A stretch of DNA of 63,109 nt from an uncultured Desulfurococcales archaeon (GCA_964496855.1 CAZCAU010000004.1:1-63109); one strand, 5' to 3'. Shown: positions 38,154-48,588, counted from the first letter of the stretch. Notes: generated from the letters alone by a model not told the origin. Translations and numbers: made by a program.

Positions 38154-39485
38154 TTAAGAGCCTGGTACTAGTTTGGAAAAATCTATTATGATCTTTTTAT
38201 TAGCAACATTTATCTCTAAGCTTTTTGCCTCAAGATAGGGTGCCGAGAGAACTACTGTTGTAGAGTAGCTTTTGTAGGGATCTAGATGTAGTATTAGTGG
38301 AAGTGATTGTATAACATCGGCGGGATAAGCACTGATAACATTACCAGCGACATCTATGACTGAGGCATTAAACCAGGCGGCTCTCACCCCACTACTACTA
38401 AACACTAATTGGCCTGTTATATTGTACCTCTTCTGGCTATTATTAATGATCGATGAGTTTACTACTATATAGTAACCGTTGTAACTAAGGGAGGCTATAT
38501 ACGTGAGATTATCATTTATAATTGTTGTATCAGAATAGTATACCCACTTACCAGGCCACTTATTAGTCCACGCTGGTAACGTCTCAATGTATCTGGTAGC
38601 ACCCAGGCCTGGAAGCTGTATTCTTGTTATGAATTCTAGAACAGACGGTTCACCCAATAGGGAAGAGACTTCAGGACCTAAACTCAAGATACCCGAGGTA
38701 GCTCCTCCTGCGTATAGAGTTATTTTTACATTATGAGTCGAGCCCTCCTTCTTAGCTATAAAGACTGCCTCTCCGTTTTCATCATATATCGTTGCTTCAT
38801 ATATCGTGGTGTTAGCGGGTATGTTTATACTGAGAATAGGTGTTGTCGAGACTATTATTGGGTCTATGGCTACAAGTCCTTGGTATAGTAATGCCCATCT
38901 AATAGACAATACGCCTCCGTCGAAATCCAGGTTCTTCATACCACATACAGCATCATTAGGCATAGTATTCCATACCAAGAGCCTGATTTTATAATCAGGC
39001 AGGTCTATAAGGTAGCCGGCCACGTCTTTGCTACTGGGTACAAGTAATGATAACTGTAATGCTTGCAATGGTGCAAGCGTCTTGATTGTAGTGTTTGATG
39101 GCTTAGCCACAACTATACGTGCTTGAGCACCAGTTAGATCAATAGCAGAGACTGAAACTACTGGGTCGTGATGAAATGTGAGTGTTAAGGCCTCGTTTTT
39201 CCTATTAACTAAGTTGATTACCATTAGACTTGTCTCGTTCTCGCGTGGAATGGTATTAACGTATACCTCGAATCCGGGTATCCCGGGTACATTAGTCACG
39301 GCTTTTCCAGGTATTATCCATGAACAGTCTAGCGTAGTCTCCGTCTCTTCCCCTCCACCTTTTAAGCCTAGTAGTAGTGGAACGAAGTAAGATGCTGTGA
39401 AGAGAACTATTGCGAGAATCCCTATTATCATCATTAAAAGTCTTTTCCCAGCTATTCTCCGTGGCAATACTCCCCATACCCTCAC
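38154..39485 (-). CDS. Membrane-anchored extracellular protein, function unknown
   Basis: 443 aa: N-terminal basic stretch plus TM (LLMMIIGILAIVLFTASYFVPLLL), then a beta-rich, N-x-S/T-rich body. Confidence 0.5.
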   Translation of the reverse strand: MRVWGVLPRRIAGKRLLMMIIGILAIVLFTASYFVPLLLGLKGGGEETETTLDCSWIIPGKAVTNVPGIPGFEVYVNTIPRENETSLMVINLVNRKNEALTLTFHHDPVVSVSAIDLTGAQARIVVAKPSNTTIKTLAPLQALQLSLLVPSSKDVAGYLIDLPDYKIRLLVWNTMPNDAVCGMKNLDFDGGVLSIRWALLYQGLVAIDPIIVSTTPILSINIPANTTIYEATIYDENGEAVFIAKKEGSTHNVKITLYAGGATSGILSLGPEVSSLLGEPSVLEFITRIQLPGLGATRYIETLPAWTNKWPGKWVYYSDTTIINDNLTYIASLSYNGYYIVVNSSIINNSQKRYNITGQLVFSSSGVRAAWFNASVIDVAGNVISAYPADVIQSLPLILHLDPYKSYSTTVVLSAPYLEAKSLEINVANKKIIIDFSKLVPGS

Positions 39486-39550
39486 ATTTGTCTACAATTC
39501 AGAAAAGCTGTATTAGTAGAAGCTTATAATAAGTCTTTTTAGGTGAATAA

Positions 39551-40078
39551 ATGTTGGCCAGGATTATTGATAAGACTGTTATTTATAGAGGTAGAAAAGT
39601 CTCGTTAAGCAAACTAAGAGTAGAGCTTCCAAATGGTAGAGTTGCTGATGTTGAGACTGTAGAGTACAAGGGCTCAGTTGCTATACTAGCTTTTGTCTCG
39701 AGAGACAGGATAATCTTGCTTGAACAGTACAGACCAGTTATAGGAAAATGGCATCTAGAGATACCAGCAGGTACTTTGAATGAAGGAGAAGATCCTGTTG
39801 AATGCGCTATTAGGGAACTTGAGGAAGAAACAGGATATACGCCTAAAAAGTTGTACAAGCTTGGAGGCTTCTACTTGAGTCCTGGGTATAGCACAGAATA
39901 CATGCATATATTTGTAGCAGAAGACCTAGTGCCTGGCAGAGCACATCCGGAGCCAAGTGAAGTAATAAAGCTGAGAGATACCAGTATCGAGGAAGCTATT
40001 AGTATGGTTAAGAAGGGGATAATAGATGATGCTAAGACCGTGTTAGCATTATTATTATACCAGGCTTTGCATATATAA
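39551..40078 (+). CDS. NUDIX hydrolase (ADP-ribose pyrophosphatase-like)
   Basis: Nudix box GTLNEGEDPVECAIRELEEETGY. Confidence 0.85.
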   Translation: MLARIIDKTVIYRGRKVSLSKLRVELPNGRVADVETVEYKGSVAILAFVSRDRIILLEQYRPVIGKWHLEIPAGTLNEGEDPVECAIRELEEETGYTPKKLYKLGGFYLSPGYSTEYMHIFVAEDLVPGRAHPEPSEVIKLRDTSIEEAISMVKKGIIDDAKTVLALLLYQALHI

Positions 40079-40111
40079 TAATTCCTGAGACAACCCGGAG
40101 CTTAGAAGTTA

Positions 40112-40423
40112 ATGTATAAAGGGATATATAAGATGACCAGGATGCTTCGTGCACGCATAGTAGTGAGAGGCAGGGTACAAGGTGTATTTTTTAGAGCTAG
40201 TATGAAAGAGGTAGCCGATAGGCTAGGAGTAAAGGGATGGGTAAGAAACCTACCCGATGGTTATAGCGTGGAAGCCGTTGTCGAGGGAGAGGAGGATAGC
40301 GTCAAAAAGCTTATTGAGTGGTGCCATGAAGGACCACCACTTGCAAGAGTCGAGAAAGTAGAAGTGACTTTTGAGCCCTATAAAGGCGAATTTAAAGATT
40401 TCAGAATAAGATACGGGTGGTGA
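40112..40423 (+). CDS. acyP: Acylphosphatase
   Basis: [47 protein letters not shown] is the acylphosphatase signature. The start is probably an internal ATG (40133 or 40142). Confidence 0.85.
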   Translation: MYKGIYKMTRMLRARIVVRGRVQGVFFRASMKEVADRLGVKGWVRNLPDGYSVEAVVEGEEDSVKKLIEWCHEGPPLARVEKVEVTFEPYKGEFKDFRIRYGW

Positions 40424-40692
40424 GAATGGATTATATAAACAAGCTCATAGGTACGGGAATATTACTTGTAATCATAGGCATATTAGTGCTTTTTGCAGGA
40501 ATAATAGTAAGTATTGTCAAGTCTGGTTCTGGAAAAGTAGAAGGTGGCGGAATAATATTCATAGGACCCATTCCCATAGTCTTTGGTACAAGCCAAGAAG
40601 TAACGAAGACCCTTCTAGTACTAGCAATAATTCTAGTTATACTAGCTGCGATAGTATACTTGTTGCTTTCTCGAGGAATAAAGCCTGTATAA
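40417..40692 (+). CDS. Small two-TM membrane protein
   Basis: Two hydrophobic helices flank a Gly-rich loop. The likely ATG start is at 40426, just after the acyP stop. Confidence 0.5.
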   Translation: MVRMDYINKLIGTGILLVIIGILVLFAGIIVSIVKSGSGKVEGGGIIFIGPIPIVFGTSQEVTKTLLVLAIILVILAAIVYLLLSRGIKPV

Positions 40693-40723
40693 GCTAAGAT
40701 AGTGATCTTGGGCTTCTGGCGTC

Positions 40724-40900
40724 CTAGCTCTCTTTTATCTTATTCAAGAATTCCTTCTTTATAACCAGTAGCTCGCTATGTATGTTTTCTTTTTCTTTCT
40801 CAAAAGCTGTCCTTAGCTCATCGATTTTCTTATCATATATCTTCTTAGCTTCTTCTTTAAACCTCGTAATAAGTTCCTCTTTTGAAGGTATCTCGGACAA
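40724..40900 (-). CDS. Candidate 58-aa charged coiled-coil protein (not in the ORF track)
   Basis: TTG at 40898-40900, preceded by GAGGGGGT. It reads (M)SEIPSKEELITRFKEEAKKIYDKKIDELRTAFEKEKENIHSELLVIKKEFLNKIKES* with its stop at 40724-40726. Confidence 0.35.
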   Translation of the reverse strand: MSEIPSKEELITRFKEEAKKIYDKKIDELRTAFEKEKENIHSELLVIKKEFLNKIKES

Positions 40901-40977
40901 TCTTTACCCCCTCTTTATATCTAAGGTTTAATACGAGTTTTGGTACAGCGACATCTATGGTGTATCAGCATTTCACG

Positions 40978-41418
40978 TTATTTGTGATAATAGGTTTTAT
41001 CCTTATCTACTATGTGTATAACTTTTATCCCATGCTTCTTCAGCGTATCCGCTATAAATCTTCTATGACACTTAAACCAATACTTTTCTGAACACAGTAT
41101 TGCTACATTGCCTTTATGTTGTTGCTGTGCAAGAATTTCCAGAAGAGTACTTATGCCTTTTCTGTACTCCTCTGTCTTCATGTATTCAATATAATTGGGA
41201 CTCCTATACCCGCCTAGATGCTCGCCGAGCCAGTAATAATCGATACCCTCATCTCGCAATACTTTCTCCAGGCTATCTTTTCCAAAATAAGGGTATTTCT
41301 TTGAAGAAGGCCATCGTCTTACATCAATTATGGTTCTAATATTGTATGTCTTTAGAATCTCGATGAAATCCTTAAGTGCTCTGTTAGAGTGGCCGATCGT
41401 GTATAGTAGTGGGCTCAT
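40978..41418 (-). CDS. DUF488 family protein
   Basis: LYTIGHSNRALKDFIEILKTYNIRTIIDVRRWPSSKKYPYF...DYYWLGEHLGG is the conserved DUF488 pattern. Confidence 0.75.
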   Translation of the reverse strand: MSPLLYTIGHSNRALKDFIEILKTYNIRTIIDVRRWPSSKKYPYFGKDSLEKVLRDEGIDYYWLGEHLGGYRSPNYIEYMKTEEYRKGISTLLEILAQQQHKGNVAILCSEKYWFKCHRRFIADTLKKHGIKVIHIVDKDKTYYHK

Positions 41419-41480
41419 GTACTTATCCTATAAGGACATATATTCTAGTTAGGTTATTTAAACATAGGTGCTGAGGCTGT

Positions 41481-42458
41481 TTGTCTACAGAAAAACCATC
41501 ACTAGTACTAAGGAATTGTCATGCAGCAATTTTCCCGAGGATTAGAGATAAGCGTTTAGAATATAGTGTATTATACAATGTCGATCTAGAACTAGTTGAT
41601 TATAGAGTTCTAACAAAGGATAGCACAATCTCTTTCGACTGTAGAAATACAGTAATAACAGCAGGATTCTTTAATGGATTATCATTTAGGAATAACAAAG
41701 ACGGTGTTTTTGGTGGTGCAATACTTGTAGATAAGAGGACTGGTGGTGGGAAACTAGTAATAACAAATAGAGAGAGTTGTCGTATAGGTGTGGTGTTTAT
41801 CGACACAACCGAGAATTTTAGAGATGATTCGTTGAAGGCTTTGAGTAGTAAAGATCAAATTAAAGTGCTGTGGATGTCGTCGACACTTGACGAGGTATAC
41901 AAGCATTATAAGGAGTATGGGATGTTTCCCGTAGAGAGACTGGGGAGACTTAGAGTCTTGGATTCAAGGGTTATTTTAGCAGGAATAGGATGGATTACAA
42001 GCTGGGAAAAAGAGTACATTAAGAATAATGATGCATGGCTAGCGTATTCGGTTAGGCACCATTTATGGCAAAAGACAAGGGGCTTTATACCTGTGAGGGA
42101 TATTTTGGATAACACTATGCTTTCAACGTATTATTTTGATAATACACCAGTAGATATGCTTACAGAGTCTGCATTCCTATATGTGTTAAACAATAATGTT
42201 TTCGGAGGAGACGATATTAGGCCCATAGAAGCGATAAAGCTGCTACATAATGGGTGGAGACTATGCTTTAATGATCTTGATATCGAAGATATACCATGGA
42301 AGACAGGGTTGCAGTTGGTGGGGTTACCACGTTCATACAGTATGAAGGGTTGCGATGATATTGACTGTTTGCTGGAAACACTGTTTCTGGACCCTGCTAG
42401 GCTAGGTAGAGTCATTATGTTTGTTGCTAAGAAATTGTATGTAGAAGGATATTCTTGA
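41481..42458 (+). CDS. Second amidohydrolase-fold-like protein lacking the HxH motif
   Basis: 325 aa with a TTG start. LVLRNCHAAIFP...NTVITAGFFNGLSFRNN occupies the place of 'PGfvNxHxH'. The layout resembles ORF 26686-27714. Confidence 0.35.
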   Translation: MSTEKPSLVLRNCHAAIFPRIRDKRLEYSVLYNVDLELVDYRVLTKDSTISFDCRNTVITAGFFNGLSFRNNKDGVFGGAILVDKRTGGGKLVITNRESCRIGVVFIDTTENFRDDSLKALSSKDQIKVLWMSSTLDEVYKHYKEYGMFPVERLGRLRVLDSRVILAGIGWITSWEKEYIKNNDAWLAYSVRHHLWQKTRGFIPVRDILDNTMLSTYYFDNTPVDMLTESAFLYVLNNNVFGGDDIRPIEAIKLLHNGWRLCFNDLDIEDIPWKTGLQLVGLPRSYSMKGCDDIDCLLETLFLDPARLGRVIMFVAKKLYVEGYS

Positions 42459-42530
42459 CTAAGGATTTATGCTCGATTTCTATATTAGGGAAGAATGACA
42501 GAGGGTAAATAAGGTGGAGGTTAAGAGAAT

Positions 42531-43004
42531 ATGCCTTTAGCATTAATAGCTATTGATGGCTCGGAGCATAGTATTCGGGCATTCAACTTTTGTATAGAGA
42601 AATTGTTAGACCCGGATAAGTGGAATTTGCTGTTACTACATGTGATCGATGAGAGAGACTTAAACATGGTGTTAGAGGTTGTACCCCTGGTACGTCTACC
42701 AGTTTTTGAATCACAAGAGGTTTCTCGAGGAAACGTAGTAGATAATATGAAAAAGAAGGCTGAGGAACTACTAGAGAATCTTGTAGAGAAGGCTAATAAG
42801 CAGGGCTTTAAATGTAGTTTTGAGATACGTACAGGAATACCGCACGATGAGATAATCAAGGCCTCTGAGGAGAAAGATGTTGATCTAATAGTTCTTGGAA
42901 GTAGAGGTCTGAGAGGATTCGAGAAGATACTTGTAGGTAGTGTGTCCTCATACGTAGTCTCTCATGCTAGAAAGCCCGTTCTGATAGTACCTCCAAAGAA
43001 ATAA
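42531..43004 (+). CDS. Universal stress protein (UspA family)
   Basis: IAIDGSEHS..., DLIVLGSRGLRGFEKILVGSVSSYVVSHARKPVLIV. Confidence 0.85.
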   Translation: MPLALIAIDGSEHSIRAFNFCIEKLLDPDKWNLLLLHVIDERDLNMVLEVVPLVRLPVFESQEVSRGNVVDNMKKKAEELLENLVEKANKQGFKCSFEIRTGIPHDEIIKASEEKDVDLIVLGSRGLRGFEKILVGSVSSYVVSHARKPVLIVPPKK

Positions 43005-43058
43005 TAATATTTAAAAACCATATTTTATGCCCACATAGGGTGTGTGAGGTAGTAAAAA

Positions 43059-43313
43059 ATGAGTGAGTACATAAATGAGTTGAAAAAACTCATATCAGAA
43101 GAGCTCAAGTCTCTAGGTTATAGAATAATGCCGCGTGGGCAGAATAGTTTCAGAGTAATTAAGAATGGAACAGTAGTAATGATTGTCGAGGATAAAGGCG
43201 AGTACATAGAGATGAGCTATGGAGGAAAACGGTATAGTTATGACAAATGGTATACGAAGCCAAATCATTTGGCTGACGTGATTCTCCGTCTTTATAGACA
43301 ACAGTCGCAGTAA
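43059..43313 (+). CDS. Hypothetical small protein
   Basis: 84-aa ORF with no recognised motif. Confidence 0.4.
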   Translation: MSEYINELKKLISEELKSLGYRIMPRGQNSFRVIKNGTVVMIVEDKGEYIEMSYGGKRYSYDKWYTKPNHLADVILRLYRQQSQ

Positions 43314-43417
43314 TACTAATACTATTATCTCTAGCACTAATAGAGCTAAAGCAGGAAAGCCCTTAGACAAAGCTTATACCTATTTTGTTTTAGATTCCTA
43401 TTGAGGAATAGGCTACA

Positions 43418-44545
43418 ATGGATATTCTCTATAAATGTAATAAATGTAGCTCAGTGTACTCTAACGATGATTTTACGCGGCTGAGGCTTTGGCGCTGTCC
43501 CAGATGTGGCGGGCTTCTCAAGATAATTGTAGAGAACAAGAAGTGGGAGCTTCTAGGTACTGGTAGCATCACACGTTATTCTAAGCTCTCTCCTTTGCTA
43601 GGAAACACGAAGATCTCTCTAGGTGAGGGGTTAACACCACTACTAGCCCGGAATATGAGTGATATCAGAGTGTATCTTAAACTCGAGTACCTTAACCCTA
43701 CTGGAAGCTTTAAAGACAGGGGGAGCGTGGTTTCTATTAATCATGCTTTAAGCCTAGGGTTTAAAAGTGTAGCCGAAGACTCTAGCGGCAACACTGGGTT
43801 ATCCGTGGCTGCTTATGCCACAGCAGCTAACCTGGAAGCTAAGATATATGTTCCCAAGGATGTGCCTGAAGGCAAAAAGGTCATGATAAGACTCTTTGGT
43901 GGCCATATTATTGAATGTCCTACTAGGAGGCGTGCTGCAGAATTCATTGAGAGAGATGTGCGTGCAACTCCTCATACCTACTATATAGCTCATACTCGTA
44001 GCCCTGTTTTTATAGAAGGCATGAAAACAGTTGCCTATGAGCTGTACGAGAAATTAGGGAGCCTTGTGCAGCAAACCGCAATATTATTACCGGTAGCCAG
44101 CGGGTCTCTACTACTAGGCTTATACTATGGATTCTCAGACTTGTTAGAACTCGGCTTAATAGATTCTCTGCCTTCGCTAGTAGCAGTTCAGGGGGCTAGT
44201 GTGCATCCCTTATACAGGATTATTTATAAACGAACTGTGCAAGGAGAAAGCTTGCTTGCTGACGCGTTAAGAGTAGAAAACCCTCCACGCCTCTACGAGA
44301 TGAGAAAAGCCATAGAAGAAACGCATGGTACTATAATTGTTGTTAATGATAACGATATAAGAGAAGGCCTACGAGAGGCGTTAAGAAATGGTTTCATAAT
44401 CGAGCCTTCTAGCGCTACGGTGTTTTCAGCTTTGAGAAAACTCGTCGAAAACAGGTATATAGATAGAGGCAGTAAAGTAGTTCTTATACTAACAGGTTCA
44501 GGTCTTAAGGTAGTTGACAAAATATATGAGGCCATGAGTATCTAA
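43418..44545 (+). CDS. thrC: Threonine synthase
   Basis: N-terminal zinc ribbon (CNKC...CPRCGG), PLP lysine motif NPTGSFKDRG, and SSGNTG. Confidence 0.85.
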   Translation: MDILYKCNKCSSVYSNDDFTRLRLWRCPRCGGLLKIIVENKKWELLGTGSITRYSKLSPLLGNTKISLGEGLTPLLARNMSDIRVYLKLEYLNPTGSFKDRGSVVSINHALSLGFKSVAEDSSGNTGLSVAAYATAANLEAKIYVPKDVPEGKKVMIRLFGGHIIECPTRRRAAEFIERDVRATPHTYYIAHTRSPVFIEGMKTVAYELYEKLGSLVQQTAILLPVASGSLLLGLYYGFSDLLELGLIDSLPSLVAVQGASVHPLYRIIYKRTVQGESLLADALRVENPPRLYEMRKAIEETHGTIIVVNDNDIREGLREALRNGFIIEPSSATVFSALRKLVENRYIDRGSKVVLILTGSGLKVVDKIYEAMSI

Positions 44546-44617
44546 TATTGTTGAGATAAGTACCAGGTAGGTATCTAAGAGATCACTCAATAAGGCTAGG
44601 TATAGAGGCAATGCAAA

Positions 44618-45913
44618 ATGTATATTCCGATAAAAGAGGCTTGTAGCGGCAAGTTTGTAGGTGAAAAAGTCTCAGTCAGGGGATGGATTTATAGGAAAAG
44701 AGTTGTTGGAGGAAAAGCCTTCATAGTCTTACGCGACTCTACAGGCATTATCCAGTGTGTAGCAGAAAGAGATTATCTAGGAGAACCCAAATGGGCTATC
44801 CTGGAGAGAGCTGGTAGAGAGAGTTCTATGACTATACATGGGGTGTTAAGGAGGGAGCCAAGAGCACCAACAGGGTTTGAGATATATATTGAAGACTTTA
44901 ATGTAATTGGCTTCTCCGAGAATTTCCCCATTAGGGGAGGCGAGGGTATAGATTATCTTCTCGACTATAGGCATTTATGGCTGAGAAGCAGGAAGCTAAC
45001 TGCTATAATGAAGATCAAACACACGGTAATGAAAGCTTTACGAGAATACTATAATAACAATGGCTGGTGGGAGGTTACACCACCTATACTAACTGCTTCA
45101 GCTGTTGAGGGTGGTGCTACGCTCTTCCCAGTAGACTTTTTTGGTCGTAGAATATATTTAAGCCAAAGCGCGCAGCTGTATCTCGAAGTATTAATCTATA
45201 GTCTAGAGAAAGTATGGTCATTAACACCTTCGTTTAGAGCTGAACGCAGTAGGACACGGAGACATTTGTATGAGTACTGGCATTTTGAGGCTGAAGCAGC
45301 GTGGATGGATTACAGGGATATGATGCGAAACATTGAGGACGCGCTAGCATACACTTTAAGAAAAGTGCTAGAAGAAAATCTCGAAGAGCTTGAACTACTA
45401 AAAAGGAATACAGAGATGCTAGATAATGCTATTGGGGGCTCTTATCCTAAAATAACGTATGATGAAGCTATTGATATTCTTAGAAGAAAAGGTGTCGACA
45501 TAAAATGGGGTGATGATCTGGGAGCTGACGAGGAGGCGGTCCTGACACAAGAGTTTGACAGGCCATTCTTCATCACACATTTCCCTAAACAGTTAAAATC
45601 ATTCTATATGAAAACAGCCGAGGATAACCCAGACGTCGTACTGGGTTTTGACTTGCTAGCACCAGAGGGATATGGTGAAATCATTGGAGGCAGTCAGCGT
45701 GAAGATAACTATGATAAATTGCTTGAGCGTATAAGAGAGCAAGGACTTAACCCGGATGATTATCAATGGTATTTAGATCTTAGAAGATACGGTAGTATAC
45801 CTCATAGCGGATATGGTTTAGGGATTGAGCGTTTTGTCATGTGGATAGCAGGGCTAGATCATATTAGAGACGCTATCCCGTTCCCCAGATTCAGGGATCG
45901 CATATACCCTTAA
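44618..45913 (+). CDS. asnS: Asparaginyl-tRNA synthetase
   Basis: 431 aa class IIb: OB-fold N-terminus, FRAERSRTRRHLYEYWHFEAE (motif 2), GGSQRE and GYGLGIERFVMW (motif 3). QWYLDLRRYGSIPHSG is AsnRS-typical. Confidence 0.8.
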   Translation: MYIPIKEACSGKFVGEKVSVRGWIYRKRVVGGKAFIVLRDSTGIIQCVAERDYLGEPKWAILERAGRESSMTIHGVLRREPRAPTGFEIYIEDFNVIGFSENFPIRGGEGIDYLLDYRHLWLRSRKLTAIMKIKHTVMKALREYYNNNGWWEVTPPILTASAVEGGATLFPVDFFGRRIYLSQSAQLYLEVLIYSLEKVWSLTPSFRAERSRTRRHLYEYWHFEAEAAWMDYRDMMRNIEDALAYTLRKVLEENLEELELLKRNTEMLDNAIGGSYPKITYDEAIDILRRKGVDIKWGDDLGADEEAVLTQEFDRPFFITHFPKQLKSFYMKTAEDNPDVVLGFDLLAPEGYGEIIGGSQREDNYDKLLERIREQGLNPDDYQWYLDLRRYGSIPHSGYGLGIERFVMWIAGLDHIRDAIPFPRFRDRIYP

Positions 45914-45946
45914 CAATCGCCAAACTGTTGAGGAGAGATAAACACT

Positions 45947-46657
45947 ATGAAAGCCTGTGTACTGTATACCGGTGGAAAAGATAGCTCGTATACCCTGCAC
46001 TGGGCTGTCCTCAAGGGTGTAGATATTAAATGTTTGTTATCTGTAAAACCTGCTCGCGACAACTCATGGATGTTTCACTATCCAGCGATAGAATATGTAA
46101 GATTACATGCCGAAGCTATGGGTTATCCATTAGTACAAGCAAGAGTTAGCGGAGAGAAGGAGAGAGAGATTGAGGAGCTAGCAGAGATACTTCAGTGTAT
46201 CCAGGAGAAATACGATGTAGACACAATAATTGCAGGCATGCTTAGATCAGACTATCAGAGAATGCGGGTATTATTTATTGCTGAGAAGCTTGGTATGAAG
46301 GTATACACTCCTTTATGGAGAATAGATCAACGCTATTATATGCGTAAACTAGTAGAGCATGGCTTCAGATTTATTATAATTTCTATCACAGCAGAAGGGC
46401 TTCACCCCAAGTTTCTGGGAAAAATACTCACTAGGGAGGATATAAAAGAGATAATTGAAGCATCAGAGAAATACGGGTTTAACCCTGCTTTCGAGGGAGG
46501 CGAGGCAGAGACTTTCATAGTCTATGCACCGCTTTTCAAAGACAAAGCTATTTTTGTTAAAGGAGAAAGTATACGAAGAGGGATAAATGAGTGGATTTAT
46601 GTTATAAAAGAAGCAAAACTTGTCGATAAGCAACTTATAGATCAAACAATTTCCTAA
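45947..46657 (+). CDS. Diphthine-ammonia ligase-type PP-loop ATPase (MJ0570/Dph6 family)
   Basis: KACVLYTGGKDSSY PP-loop variant; 236 aa. Confidence 0.75.
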   Translation: MKACVLYTGGKDSSYTLHWAVLKGVDIKCLLSVKPARDNSWMFHYPAIEYVRLHAEAMGYPLVQARVSGEKEREIEELAEILQCIQEKYDVDTIIAGMLRSDYQRMRVLFIAEKLGMKVYTPLWRIDQRYYMRKLVEHGFRFIIISITAEGLHPKFLGKILTREDIKEIIEASEKYGFNPAFEGGEAETFIVYAPLFKDKAIFVKGESIRRGINEWIYVIKEAKLVDKQLIDQTIS

Positions 46658-47378
46658 AATTATCGTACAAGATCCTCCTTACCGCATTTATATCCAGGTT
46701 CTTAGCATCACTTATAATCTCGTATACTTCGGGAACTAACAGTGGTGTTAGGCACATTCCTCTGTACTTGTATGGGCCATCGCTCTCAGCTAACATGTGT
46801 GTTATAGGCGTTGATAACAGTATTTTCATGTGTTTTTTCTGGATCCTAACTGCCGGGTTTATTGATATATAATACCCTACGTTCGCTATCTCGTTTAACA
46901 GATCTAGAGGACCTGTATACCAATGGAATACCGCTTTCTCTATATCGTTTTTTACCAATAAATCGAAGACCTCTCTCCACGCACCAGCAGCATGTATGTT
47001 AAGAACAAGAGTGTGCTCTCTAGCGATTTCAACAAACTTCTTGAATGCAACGACTTGCTTGTCATAACTCTTGGCCACAAATTTCTTATCAAGACCTACC
47101 TCGCCGAGACATCTTATCCTGTCATTGTTTTCTATTAAAGCTATCACTGGATCTAGGTCTTCTAGGCCTTTCTCATTAATGCTCCATGGATGGACGCCTA
47201 CGCATGGAATTATATTCTCTTTAAAAGTCTCGTAAAGACTTAATGTCTCTATCGATGATGCATAATCTTCTGAAACAGCTACGATAATCATAGAATCTTG
47301 TCTACTTAAAAACTCCCTAATACTTTCTGGCTTAAACTCGTGGAGATGGCAGTGTACGTCTATTATTTTTGTCACCAT
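46635..47378 (-). CDS. TatD-family metal-dependent hydrolase
   Basis: IDVHCHL..., GEVGLD, NIHAAGA, HWYTG and ESDGP motifs. Confidence 0.8.
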   Translation of the reverse strand: MVTKIIDVHCHLHEFKPESIREFLSRQDSMIIVAVSEDYASSIETLSLYETFKENIIPCVGVHPWSINEKGLEDLDPVIALIENNDRIRCLGEVGLDKKFVAKSYDKQVVAFKKFVEIAREHTLVLNIHAAGAWREVFDLLVKNDIEKAVFHWYTGPLDLLNEIANVGYYISINPAVRIQKKHMKILLSTPITHMLAESDGPYKYRGMCLTPLLVPEVYEIISDAKNLDINAVRRILYDNFRKLFDL

Positions 47379-47422
47379 TGTGTTTCCAGGCCCTTAGCAG
47401 TTTCAATGCTGGTGTGAGGCTT

Positions 47423-47800
47423 TTATTCTTTCTTTAAGATAAGCATTTTCCTAAACTTTTCAGTATACTCATTCGCTAGTTTGTTAAGCTTCTCAAGAAC
47501 TTCTTCATAAAGTTTCAAAAACAATTCTCCTTCTTCAGTTAACCTAGTACCACCAAATGAGGATCCACCACGCCATTTCTCTGTTATTCTAATACCAGTG
47601 TTTTCCTCTATCCTCCGGATATATCGCCAAATAAATTTATACGACATTCCTAGCGCCTTAGCAGTTTTAGATATAGAGCCCTGCTCTTTAAGCGTTTTCA
47701 ATATTATGTACCCGCCAGGACCTAGAATATCATTACCATCAACCTCTATCCAAGCCTTAGCCTTGACTTGTAGAACCCTGTCTTCAACCATCTTTATCAC
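47423..47800 (-). CDS. ModE-N-terminal-like winged-helix regulator without molbindin (Mop) domains
   Basis: GSISKTAKALGMSYKFIWRYIRRIEENTGIRITEKWRGGSSFGGTRLTEEG matches the ModE/LysR-type HTH segment. The ORF is only 125 aa. Confidence 0.65.
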   Translation of the reverse strand: MIKMVEDRVLQVKAKAWIEVDGNDILGPGGYIILKTLKEQGSISKTAKALGMSYKFIWRYIRRIEENTGIRITEKWRGGSSFGGTRLTEEGELFLKLYEEVLEKLNKLANEYTEKFRKMLILKKE

Positions 47801-47936
47801 TCATGGTACCATCAGTAGTTATTAACAATGAGTATGGACCTGAGCTACAAATACTCTATTAGGCTTTTTAACTGCTAAACTATTATTCTAGAACTCGCTG
47901 TTATTAAAGCATAATGCGGATCTGACGGGGAAATTA

Positions 47937-48521
47937 ATGATCATAAGAAGCGATACTGGTTACAAGTTTGAGTGTATAAGATGCGACTACTGTTGTGGAA
48001 CCGGCCCTAACGTATCGCTTACTTCTTTTGATGTAGTTAGAATGTCGCGTAGAACAGGACTAGACTGGAGTTCTTTCTTAAGATACTACACAAATGTTAT
48101 AGTAGCCGATCTAATCCCGGTTATCACTCTAGCAGGTTACGGGAAAGGACGTTGTCCCTTCCTCAGATTTACAGAGAAAGGAGAAACTTATTGTACTATA
48201 TATGATGCGAGACCTCTAAAATGCAGAATCTACCCACTACATCTAATATCTCTAGACACTAGTGAGCTTATGCTTGATGAGAAATGCCCCGGCGTGGGTA
48301 AAGACGGTTTTAAGAAGCCTCCGCTAATGCTTATAAAGCAGTATTCATGGGAGTTAAAAGAGCATTATAAGAAACTGTATACACGTATTATTATTAACAA
48401 TGAAAAACCATTAACAGCACTATACCAAGTTGTAGACGAGTTATGGAAGAATGCTGAGCATAATAACCCTGAATGGGCTAGTCTAGAATACCTCAAAAGA
48501 CTCGAACTGGATCACAACTGA
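47937..48521 (+). CDS. YkgJ-family Cys-cluster protein (CxxCxxCC)
   Basis: FECIRCDYCCG...GRCPFL...YCTIYDARPLKCRIYP. Confidence 0.7.
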   Translation: MIIRSDTGYKFECIRCDYCCGTGPNVSLTSFDVVRMSRRTGLDWSSFLRYYTNVIVADLIPVITLAGYGKGRCPFLRFTEKGETYCTIYDARPLKCRIYPLHLISLDTSELMLDEKCPGVGKDGFKKPPLMLIKQYSWELKEHYKKLYTRIIINNEKPLTALYQVVDELWKNAEHNNPEWASLEYLKRLELDHN

Positions 48522-48588
48522 ACAAGCGTGTTTATTTTATAGATTTTAATATTGTTTGACATACAGTTAGGTAGTAGGACGAGGTAGA

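Noticed and set aside
40882-41091. 69-aa plus-strand ORF
   Set aside because: It overlaps the 3' part of the well-supported DUF488 gene on the opposite strand, and its hydrophobic low-complexity sequence looks spurious.
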